The position numbers and the translations under genes were made by a program. Positions 61,501 to 64,000 of a stretch of DNA of 64,000 nucleotides are shown in pieces; position 1 is the stretch's first letter, and every line of letters starts with the position of its first letter. This DNA comes from Ascidiella aspersa (taxonomy: Eukaryota). The stretch is taken from positions 27,962,001 through 28,026,000 of the forward strand of contig OZ004607.1 in NCBI GenBank assembly GCA_963924565.1. The letters are read 5' to 3'. Below the pieces are notes generated by a model, which had not been told where the DNA came from, did no database searches, and saw nothing but the letters and a program-made list of their open reading frames with translations.

Positions 61501-64000
61501 GGCACAGTGGTTTCGACGCCAGCAATGGTGGTAGTTGTGGCGGGCTCAGTGACCGGGAAGGTGGTGGTAGGAATGCAAACTGGACAGCAGACCCCGGCCA
61601 CGCTAACGAGGCGCATGCCGGCCTCCTCGTCGCACTCGACCTGGGCGCACATGGCTGTGGCGCAGCGGATCTCGTTGTTGAAGCACGTGCATCGATCGCA
61701 CTCGCCCCGCTTCCAAGAGGTTCCGGGCTGAAAGGCGGTTTTAAGCGCGTGAGACAAACAAAACAAGGCAAAATGCTCGGATTCGAGCTGATATTTGGCT
61801 TGTACTGGTATAGAGCTGTCTTTTCGAGCGACAGTTGCAAAACCGTAGTTGTAGACGTCATCATTTAGAGCGATAAAACGTGACGTCATAAATCAGGTTT
61901 GTAATCCAAAAGCTTAACGTCGCAAACTATGCTTATGGGCGATTACTTTCGCAAGTGTAAAATGTGCCGTCAAAGTTGTATTTAAAATCCGGCTTGTGAC
62001 GTAACGGTGAAGCGTTACGTCATAAATAAACTTGGTTCCCATCTGTGGCACTTCTAATTCAAAAAGTGGCTGTACAAAGAAACAGATGTTTTTCAAAGAC
62101 AACCAGAACAAAAAACACGTTTAAAACGCAAACAACCTTTGTCAAAGGCAGAAACTTTCCATGCATTAATCCCATACCTCGTGAATTTCGCCGCTCTCGT
62201 CTTTGCAAGCGCAATCCATCGCTTCAACGCATTTCCCGTCTTCTCCCATGACCTTGGTGCCCGGGCATCCACATCCGGGAGTGCAGATCCTGGTCGTGAT
62301 GCAGAGCTCGCCGTCGTCCAGGAAGTTGCACTTGCGCGGGCACGGGTTGTAGCAGTGAACCGGTTCCTGGCCGTCGGGGCAAGCTGCAGAGAGTTGACAC
62401 ATATTATAAATTGCGCTCTGGAAAGGTAAATGGTTTTAGACACACTGTCTTTAGGGCGTGGGGCATAATAAGACTGTAGTATTTCAAGCAAATATGGCAG
62501 CGCTCTACCCTAACAGTATAGCAATCCGGAACTTTTTCCATTCAATTCAAATAATACGGTAGTATTTTTAAGTATTCTAGCTTGGAAATACTGTTGCCCT
62601 TGGCATGATTCTGTAAGACCATATGTAAAACCACTGCCTTGATCGGGATGAGTGTAACAGAGAGCAATAGACTTTATTTCGATGAAAACCTCTTGAGTTC
62701 TTCTCGAAAAGTTCTACCCCTTGGTAAAGCGACGGTACCTGTCCGGTATGGCCGGAGGTCGTGAGTTTGAACCTCACTGCATGCTAGTTGTTTTCCAGCT
62801 ATTTTTGCTTGCATCTTGATCGACTTATTCGGTTAATCTATCGAAGGCTATCGGTGTACAATGATAAAGAAGCCATTATCATTGATCGAAAATTTACTTA
62901 GGCGGGCTAGTTCACAGTTGTTGTACACGTATTTGAATATGTATCTTTCATTGATTATTTAGGTTTGTCATAATTTTGAAGTTCCCGCAACAAAGGATTT
63001 GCTGGTAAACATAAAGAGTGTGCAGTGTTGAAGCACTTACCCATTGTAGTGGTCGGTTCTGGCGTTGCCACGGTGGTGGTAACAGGCTTTGTTTCCTGAA
63101 AAGCAAAATTAATGTTTTCGAATATCAAAAAATCTTACAAACATGGTCAAGACTTGATGGCAAAATTGCTCATTCAATTATGTCAAAATTTTAACACTTT
63201 TATAGTTCCAAGTGGAAACATACACCTTTATTACCTCAGTCAATTGTCACTAAGCAGTTTTACTTGCATAAATCTATCGGGTTAGGCCACCAAATTTCAT
63301 TGGGTAAAGCGTTACCATGGTAGTGGTCGGTTCGGTTGCAGCTGGACTGGTCGTGGTCACCACAACTCCAGGCGTGGTCGTAGTCTCTTCCGGTTGGCAA
63401 GGATCCCCGGTGCATTTTAGCTGGCTTGCAACGCAGGTGCTGTCAAACGAACAAAGAAGTTGTTAAGAGAGCGTCATTTGCTTCTATTCAGCATACAGCC
63501 AATTTATGCCAATCTAATATTAACTTAATTTAACCGACTTTGTCAAATTTGAAAGGCGTAAGGCAGTTTGCTTCCGTGATATGTTTAGTCTTAATGATTT
63601 GCTTTTATAAACGTTGCTTGGAATTACATTTCAAACAAATCCATTGGTTCATTAATTGCTTTTAATGCAAATCAATTAACTTGCTATAGGGATAACCCGG
63701 ATTAGACAACGATGAATTTAACTAGGATCTGACTATTTACAAAAAATATTGTCGACAAAAGTTCGGCGAAATACCATATTGGAATAAAAGCATTTCAAAG
63801 TGACTGGCTTACAAAACTGGTTGTCTTAGCTAAAATTGTCCAATTTCCAGAAAATAAACCTTAATTAACAGTAAATTGTGAAGTATTTCGAATGCGTCCC
63901 CGACCAACACGCTTACTCACCACTGCATGCAGTTGTACGGGATCACGGCATCCGTTGGTATCACGAGGTCGCCGACCTTGCAAGGGCACTGCTGCCGCTC
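1375..64000 (-). CDS. Giant multi-exon secreted mucin-like protein (TIL/VWC/LDLa/11x F5/8C/PTS repeats/CTCK; hemolectin/SCO-spondin/gel-forming mucin-like), 5'-partial, 87 exons, ~8,170 aa in window
   Basis: Phase-compatible chain of GT-AG exons traced by hand; the spliced frame is open from 64000 to TAG at 1375-1377; domain motifs recognised from Cys spacing. Confidence 0.9.
2042..2193 (-). CDS. Exon: N-terminal half of CTCK
   Basis: NCSPVV...ECVSDGEVPLTACQGQCKS; phases 1/0. Confidence 0.9.
2817..3002 (-). CDS. Exon: VWC
   Basis: CEYEG..YGQTWSVDSCVTCTC...CCPTC; phases 1/1. Confidence 0.92.
3101..3388. mobile_element. hAT (Charlie-like) MITE
   Basis: Ends TAGTGATTCTCAACC / GGTTGAGAACCACTG; flanks ATTTAAGG/ATTTAAGA (7/8 TSD match). 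Confidence 0.75.
3899..4058 (-). CDS. Exon: VWC-like
   Basis: PDNIWESECEVCRC...DECCKC; phases 0/1. Confidence 0.9.
4088..4340. repeat. Degenerate intronic direct duplication (about 155-bp period)
   Basis: CCCA(A)ATGTTGCCG...TTTTATTCTGTGCCAAA.AGCAAGGTTA...GGTGAGGA occurs twice. Confidence 0.7.
4666..4973 (-). CDS. Exon: end of VWC, Thr/Ser-rich linker
   Basis: TCCYCAPYNVTITTTT...NCVIDGVDYNRPA; phases 1/0. Confidence 0.88.
5484..5619 (-). CDS. Exon: VWC-like
   Basis: EGEYYWKGDCMYCQCLDG; phases 0/1. Confidence 0.9.
6305..6459 (-). CDS. Exon: TIL-like
   Basis: CDLCGCESGSIKD..RKCIQYEKDCDRSCVYDG; phases 1/0. Confidence 0.88.
6568..6854. mobile_element. Palindromic MITE (PIF/Harbinger-like ends)
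   Basis: TIR of about 27 bp, CCGTTTACACTATAGCTGCGCTGAGCT vs AGCTCAGCGCAGCTGTATTGTAAACGG; internal repeats of GCTGAGCTGGGCGTGAAATT. Confidence 0.75.
7218..7320 (-). CDS. Exon: linker and start of TIL-like module
   Basis: LQVTTT...TCSWDCKCFVTCENQKIL; phases 0/1. Confidence 0.85.
7400..8317 (-). CDS. Exon: Thr-rich tandem repeats (GETTTTGMA / GETTTLKA)
   Basis: 306 codons; 27- and 24-bp units; phases 0/0. Confidence 0.9.
8394..8492 (-). CDS. Exon: VWC-like
   Basis: EGTEITQHSSCQVCTCINNSYECKTQCTLTCDK; phases 0/0. Confidence 0.87.
8675..8873 (-). CDS. Exon: end of 10-Cys module, Thr-rich linker
   Basis: SAIHVNGRCALAPTTESC...PICI; phases 2/0. Confidence 0.85.
9045..10118 (-). CDS. Exon: Thr-rich tandem repeats plus start of 10-Cys module
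   Basis: AGETTTTGM/AGETTTLK units then CPEECSCLLGC; phases 2/2. Confidence 0.9.
10268..10425 (-). CDS. Exon: VWC-like
   Basis: VNETYIRGDCEACVC...DVCC; phases 0/2. Confidence 0.9.
10551..10947. mobile_element. hAT MITE (same family as 29275-29673)
   Basis: Ends CAGTGCTTTTCAAC / GTTGACAACCACTG; flanks TTTTAAGT/TTTTAAAT; repeated GGTGTAC motifs. Confidence 0.72.
11257..11427 (-). CDS. Exon: TIL-like
   Basis: TCGDCACPSGSIKD..WNTSMCLHFETPCAEPC; phases 0/0. Confidence 0.88.
12073..12240 (-). CDS. Exon: end of VWC, linker, start of TIL-like module
   Basis: DVCCHCEAAPTT...LCPDKCTEYVTC; phases 0/0. Confidence 0.88.
12665..12861 (-). CDS. Exon: end of TIL-like module, VWC
   Basis: WETGMCLHYPESCDDCVVNGETFPVG...CEECAC; phases 1/0. 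Confidence 0.9.
13425..13562 (-). CDS. Exon: TIL-like
   Basis: CEQSCVHNLTCEELRN...LCMDCPCP; phases 1/1. Confidence 0.87.
14000..14181 (-). CDS. Exon: end of 10-Cys module, Thr-rich linker
   Basis: CRCPNSAQNVYDRANWRC..LCPGVTTT; phases 2/1. Confidence 0.87.
14546..15017 (-). CDS. Exon: 21-bp TTSAGQA repeats plus start of 10-Cys module
   Basis: Repeat array then CSQSCLCISNC; phases 1/2. Confidence 0.88.
15338..15403 (-). CDS. Exon: end of VWC
   Basis: DQCCACVATQATT; phases 1/1. Confidence 0.83.
15492..15629 (-). CDS. Exon: VWC core
   Basis: PTTWPEGDCYSCNCTPSGEQVC; phases 1/1. Confidence 0.88.
15918..16134 (-). CDS. Exon: C-terminal part of CBM32/galactose-binding-like domain
   Basis: WVEVAT...ARIFRLHVYGT...PEISEISF; phases 0/1. 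Confidence 0.85.
16638..17144. mobile_element. Intact hAT (Charlie-like) MITE, 507 bp
   Basis: TIR CAGTGGTTCTCAACC / GGTTGAGAACCACTG, perfect 8-bp TSD CTCTATAG, subterminal CCGGTCCG repeats. Confidence 0.92.
17242..17363 (-). CDS. Exon: middle of CBM32-like domain
   Basis: DMEFDLGYLYHVIRLRVDC; phases 1/0. Confidence 0.85.
17844..18023 (-). CDS. Exon: N-terminal part of CBM32-like domain
   Basis: SLAVDENSQTYWD; phases 1/1. Confidence 0.85.
18769..18960 (-). CDS. Exon: TIL-like module plus start of VWC
   Basis: CACVCDSDC...CSCPAGTVW...CPCEMDGKK; phases 1/1. Confidence 0.88.
18974..19278. mobile_element. hAT MITE abutting a splice acceptor
   Basis: Ends CACGGGGTCATCAA / TTAATGACCCCAG; flanks GAATAGGA/GAATAGGG; GGCCGGAT subterminal motifs. 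Confidence 0.65.
20072..20204 (-). CDS. Exon: LDL-receptor class A repeat
   Basis: [33 protein letters not shown]; phases 0/1. Confidence 0.9.
20402..20511 (-). CDS. Exon: short Cys module
   Basis: AVIESGQSLGHCYILYCDHSGQV...NC; phases 1/0. Confidence 0.85.
20651..20778 (-). CDS. Exon: end of LDLa
   Basis: CDGKKDCQDGTDEYDC...GCVYNGKIYEL; phases 2/1. Confidence 0.9.
21121..21214 (-). CDS. Exon: start of LDLa
   Basis: PCGTNMVRCDGTRCIPIKW; phases 1/2. Confidence 0.88.
21448..21709 (-). CDS. Exon: VWC plus linker
   Basis: VGVTWSTGVCSSCTC...CCPDC; phases 0/1. Confidence 0.9.
22238..22261. repeat. (AAT)n microsatellite
   Basis: About 8 AAT units. Confidence 0.85.
22399..22599 (-). CDS. Exon: VWC
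   Basis: MDAVWTTGECTMCKC...VCCSC; phases 0/0. Confidence 0.9.
22688..22982. mobile_element. MITE with 8-bp TSD (hAT-like)
   Basis: Ends CAGGGGCCGATCC / GAATCCGCCCCTG; flanks CTGTGGAT/CTGTGAAT. Confidence 0.75.
23273..23449 (-). CDS. Exon: VWC
   Basis: FGDKVEEGTCTTCMC...QCCYC; phases 0/0. Confidence 0.9.
23965..24152 (-). CDS. Exon: TIL
   Basis: CTEPFVPTACGCSKTCQNP...CVCPEG...CIMPEECPC; phases 1/0. Confidence 0.92.
24222..24329 (-). CDS. Exon: Thr/Ser-rich linker
   Basis: VTSSSSASLTTT...; phases 1/1. Confidence 0.8.
24688..25833 (-). CDS. Exon: 54-bp tandem repeats (SMPGHETTTTVGGPVSTT)
   Basis: About 18 near-perfect 18-aa units; phases 1/1. Confidence 0.9.
25905..25944 (-). CDS. 40-nt micro-exon
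   Basis: EVPTTTVSTTTPT; phases 0/1, needed to keep the frame. Confidence 0.8.
26017..26117 (-). CDS. Exon: truncated VWC
   Basis: ERWSPDECTECICFNNKPRC; phases 1/0. Confidence 0.87.
26274..26462 (-). CDS. Exon: TIL
   Basis: CTPPMIQTNCTSC...CCECGENTFFDGATCVEASECSC; phases 1/1. Confidence 0.9.
26775..27034. mobile_element. Fold-back MITE (near full-length imperfect palindrome)
   Basis: ATATCGTCACGTTCATAAC...AAGTCAT... mirrored by ...ATGACTT...GTTATGAGCGTGACGATAT over more than 100 bp. Confidence 0.8.
27188..27556 (-). CDS. Exon: LDLa plus 21-bp GMVSTT(S/P) repeats
   Basis: [34 protein letters not shown]; phases 1/1. Confidence 0.92.
27936..28099 (-). CDS. Exon: VWC
   Basis: GAVWEPSPCETCTC...CCPVC; phases 2/1. 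Confidence 0.9.
28152..28330. repeat. GACTT-rich dispersed repeat fragment
   Basis: CAGTGTTGTTATGACTTAAGTCA...GACTTGACTT; similar to 52218-52565. Confidence 0.6.
28473..28614 (-). CDS. Exon: linker and start of VWC
   Basis: EATTTTS...PCMGCEAFG; phases 1/2. Confidence 0.85.
28848..29005 (-). CDS. Exon: VWC
   Basis: YPSGGVWSPNNCTTCKC...GCCYC; phases 2/1. Confidence 0.9.
29275..29673. mobile_element. hAT MITE (inverted relative to 10551-10947)
   Basis: Ends CAGTGCTTGTCAACCG / CGGTTGAAAAGCACTG; 6/8 TSD match. Confidence 0.72.
29834..30008 (-). CDS. Exon: TIL
   Basis: CGCNITC...CMPGCYCPEGTFQDGQKCITKATCPC; phases 1/2. Confidence 0.92.
30301..30367 (-). CDS. Exon: Thr-rich linker
   Basis: GSGVTTKPVVSTTRLATTTTPI; phases 0/1. 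Confidence 0.8.
30629..30735 (-). CDS. Exon: Ser/Thr-rich linker
   Basis: TTTQPSSGTTT...; acceptor position (AAG) inferred from phase. Confidence 0.7.
31271..31472 (-). CDS. Exon: VWC
   Basis: TCEECYCTDEGVTC...GCCHC; phases 0/1. Confidence 0.88.
31935..32134 (-). CDS. Exon: TIL
   Basis: CTGSKVFHPCPCSLTC...CECPEG...CPCYYNG; phases 1/0. Confidence 0.92.
32739..32937 (-). CDS. Exon: end of 10-Cys module, linker
   Basis: ECSCPDPGMDRANGRCGVYPDC; phases 0/1. Confidence 0.87.
33502..33665 (-). CDS. Exon: linker and start of 10-Cys module
   Basis: CADECNCTMGCQDAGDC; phases 1/0. Confidence 0.87.
34102..34296 (-). CDS. Exon: complete 10-Cys module
   Basis: CNLTCYCMYGC...CSC...GRC...QC; phases 1/1. 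Confidence 0.88.
34768..34876 (-). CDS. Exon: end of VWC, linker
   Basis: LEGECCPSCVPASTT; phases 0/1. Confidence 0.87.
35285..35410 (-). CDS. Exon: VWC core
   Basis: NDPCMMCFCLTGKIMC; phases 0/0. Confidence 0.88.
35804..35999 (-). CDS. Exon: TIL
   Basis: CEEPFIFYECMPGCDRQC...CTPGCACP...CPC; phases 2/0. Confidence 0.92.
36767..36894 (-). CDS. Exon: C-terminal half of VWC-like module, linker
   Basis: TPCDSIC...DDCCTC; phases 0/2. Confidence 0.87.
36943..36999 (-). CDS. Candidate optional 57-nt exon
   Basis: TTTCCAG acceptor, GTAAGT donor, phases 0/0, open frame NNRYGTFLTISVLQDTIVV; would leave a 48-nt intron. Confidence 0.45.
37120..37640 (-). CDS. Exon: PTS region
   Basis: Thr/Ser-rich, ends ATCE; phases 1/0. 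Confidence 0.88.
37946..38135 (-). CDS. Exon: end of F5/8C #11
   Basis: AIRLVPKTWTVSPAIRLELTGC; phases 0/1. Confidence 0.9.
38648..39036 (-). CDS. Exon: F5/8C #11 (type B)
   Basis: CDKEMG...SWMP...FVQVDF...FDGNTD; phases 1/0. Confidence 0.92.
39481..40251 (-). CDS. Exon: complete F5/8C #10 (type A) plus PTS
   Basis: CDEAMGMES..IPDDAISASS...SWSP...TQG...LRVEFRGC; phases 1/1. Confidence 0.93.
40372..40906 (-). CDS. Exon: PTS region
   Basis: Thr/Ser-rich; phases 0/1. Confidence 0.88.
41272..41505 (-). CDS. Exon: end of F5/8C #9
   Basis: VFEANVDD...PRTWDGETPSLRADVIGC; phases 0/0. Confidence 0.9.
41889..42050 (-). CDS. Exon: middle of F5/8C #9
   Basis: IDFDTPVTAMEVLTQG...WTSSY; phases 0/0. 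Confidence 0.9.
42268..42428 (-). CDS. Exon: start of F5/8C #9
   Basis: ASSNPELAHNAKI...AWNP..DDNPSWLQ; phases 1/0. Confidence 0.9.
42720..43323 (-). CDS. Exon: end of F5/8C #8 plus PTS
   Basis: VFPANIDD...ISLRVELHGC; phases 0/1. Confidence 0.9.
43510..43835 (-). CDS. Exon: F5/8C #8 (type A)
   Basis: CDEKMGMQNREIPDSDINASS...SWSP...TQGGENGEFV; phases 1/0. Confidence 0.92.
43883..44268 (-). mobile_element. Insertion flanked by a 16-bp direct repeat (possible retroposon)
   Basis: CCGTTAGACATCCGAG at 43883 and 44253; short T run next to the left copy. Confidence 0.45.
44327..46303 (-). CDS. 1,977-nt exon: F5/8C #6 (A), #7 (B) and PTS
   Basis: Two complete discoidin motifs in the 679-aa ORF; phases 1/1. 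Confidence 0.94.
46429..49317 (-). CDS. 2,889-nt exon: F5/8C #4 (A), #5 (B), PTS with 27-bp and 72-bp repeats
   Basis: 959-aa ORF; phases 1/1. Confidence 0.94.
49608..49721 (-). CDS. Exon: PTS linker
   Basis: GGVAHTTTPVTQTETT; phases 1/1. Confidence 0.82.
49968..50235 (-). CDS. Exon: PTS linker
   Basis: EETTTPEGFTT...; phases 0/1. Confidence 0.85.
51126..51296 (-). CDS. Exon: end of F5/8C #3
   Basis: VRIVPMAWHKNILLRVDLLGC; phases 0/0. Confidence 0.9.
51700..51822. mobile_element. DNA-transposon end fragment (GGAGTCGGA-type)
   Basis: GGAGTCGGACTCGG repeats ending CCGACTCCGCGGCCCTG; left end unclear. Confidence 0.45.
51927..52121 (-). CDS. Exon: middle of F5/8C #3
   Basis: ITFVQPVVISDVLIQGGGDQGWVTKFAVEASKDG; phases 0/0. 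Confidence 0.9.
52218..52565. repeat. GACTT-rich dispersed repeat (MITE-like)
   Basis: CGGTGTTGTAATGACTTAAGTCA...GACTTGACTTG; alignable with 28152-28330. Confidence 0.6.
53213..53439 (-). CDS. Exon: start of F5/8C #3 (type B)
   Basis: CRHEMGL...SASS...GRLN...AWAP...QYLE; phases 1/0. Confidence 0.9.
53907..54125 (-). CDS. Exon: PTS with 27-bp TTTPAGEIT repeats
   Basis: Thr-rich; phases 1/1. Confidence 0.85.
54337..54618 (-). CDS. Exon: end of F5/8C #2
   Basis: RIRVFP...ISLRIEVHGC; phases 1/1. Confidence 0.9.
55170..55523 (-). CDS. Exon: F5/8C #2 (type A)
   Basis: CDDALGMESGKIED...SWSP...TQGGEDGGFV; phases 1/1. Confidence 0.92.
55689..55991. mobile_element. hAT MITE
   Basis: Ends CAGCCTTTCTTAACC / GGTTAAGAACCACTG; flanks GTCTATTT/GACTATTT. 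Confidence 0.72.
56083..56346 (-). CDS. Exon: end of F5/8C #1
   Basis: Near-identical to 54337-54618; phases 1/1. Confidence 0.9.
56641..56994 (-). CDS. Exon: F5/8C #1 (type A)
   Basis: Near-identical to 55170-55523; phases 1/1. Confidence 0.92.
57104..57303 (-). CDS. Exon: end of VWC, PTS
   Basis: CCSCEKAVATTT; phases 2/1. Confidence 0.87.
57886..58013 (-). CDS. Exon: VWC core
   Basis: NEDSWAVSECERCTCENG; phases 0/2. Confidence 0.88.
58604..58783 (-). CDS. Exon: LDLa
   Basis: CQDGYFAC...LCDGVKHCSDGSDEQNC; phases 0/0. Confidence 0.9.
59325..59401 (-). CDS. Exon: Thr-rich linker
   Basis: VTTTVPVTTTPESTTTT; phases 1/0. Confidence 0.82.
59915..60076 (-). CDS. Exon: VWC
   Basis: GTCLRCECINSQLMC...GCCVC; phases 1/1. 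Confidence 0.88.
60627..60812 (-). CDS. Exon: TIL
   Basis: YGICTCTPTCDDL...CCSCKEG...CIPVESCPC; phases 1/1. Confidence 0.88.
61472..61727 (-). CDS. Exon: VWC plus linker
   Basis: PGTSWKRGECDRCTC...CCPVC; phases 0/1. Confidence 0.9.
62178..62383 (-). CDS. Exon: TIL
   Basis: CPDGQEPVHCYNPCPRKC...CTPGCGCP...CVEAMDCAC; phases 1/0. Confidence 0.92.
62717..62802 (+). mobile_element. tRNA-derived SINE fragment
   Basis: A-box-like TGGTAAAGCGACGG and B-box-like GTTTGAACC; inverted homologue at about 32670-32722. Confidence 0.55.
63041..63095 (-). CDS. 55-nt exon: Thr-rich linker
   Basis: ETKPVTTTVATPEPTTTM; phases 0/1. Confidence 0.8.
63316..63439 (-). CDS. Exon: end of VWC-like (E) module, linker
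   Basis: TCVASQLKCTGDPCQPEETT; phases 2/0. Confidence 0.87.
63921..64000 (-). CDS. Exon truncated by window edge: end of TIL, start of VWC-like module
   Basis: ERQQCPCKVGD...YNCMQ; GTGAGT donor, phase 2. Confidence 0.87.

Noticed and set aside
62717-62802. tRNA gene
   Set aside because: No complete cloverleaf; better explained as a SINE head
1375-64000. Assigning SSPO, VWF, MUC2/5 or Hml as gene symbol
   Set aside because: No TSP1, VWA or VWD seen in the window; orthology needs the N-terminus and a phylogeny

Overview
Eukaryotic (invertebrate-like) genomic DNA with AT-rich introns and GC-richer exons. Almost the whole window is the 3' part of one giant minus-strand gene for a secreted, gel-forming-mucin/hemolectin/SCO-spondin-type protein. 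By hand I traced 87 GT-AG exons with consistent phases from the right edge (64000) to a TAG at 1375-1377: about 24.5 kb of coding sequence, about 8,170 aa, with the N-terminus lying beyond the window. One further 57-nt in-frame exon is possible. Order N to C: TIL/VWC/LDLa modules; 11 acidic F5/8 type C (discoidin) domains in an A,A,B,(A,B)x4 pattern separated by Thr-rich spacers; TIL, VWC, LDLa and compact 10-Cys modules among several Thr-rich tandem-repeat exons; a divergent CBM32/galactose-binding-like domain apparently inserted into a VWC module; VWC repeats; an 11-Cys C-terminal cystine knot. I saw no VWD or TSP1 domain in the window. Introns hold many hAT-type MITEs with 8-bp TSDs, palindromic MITEs and tRNA-derived SINE fragments. 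The long plus-strand ORFs are antisense shadows of the Thr-rich repeats. Domain names come from motif recognition by eye, not HMM searches.
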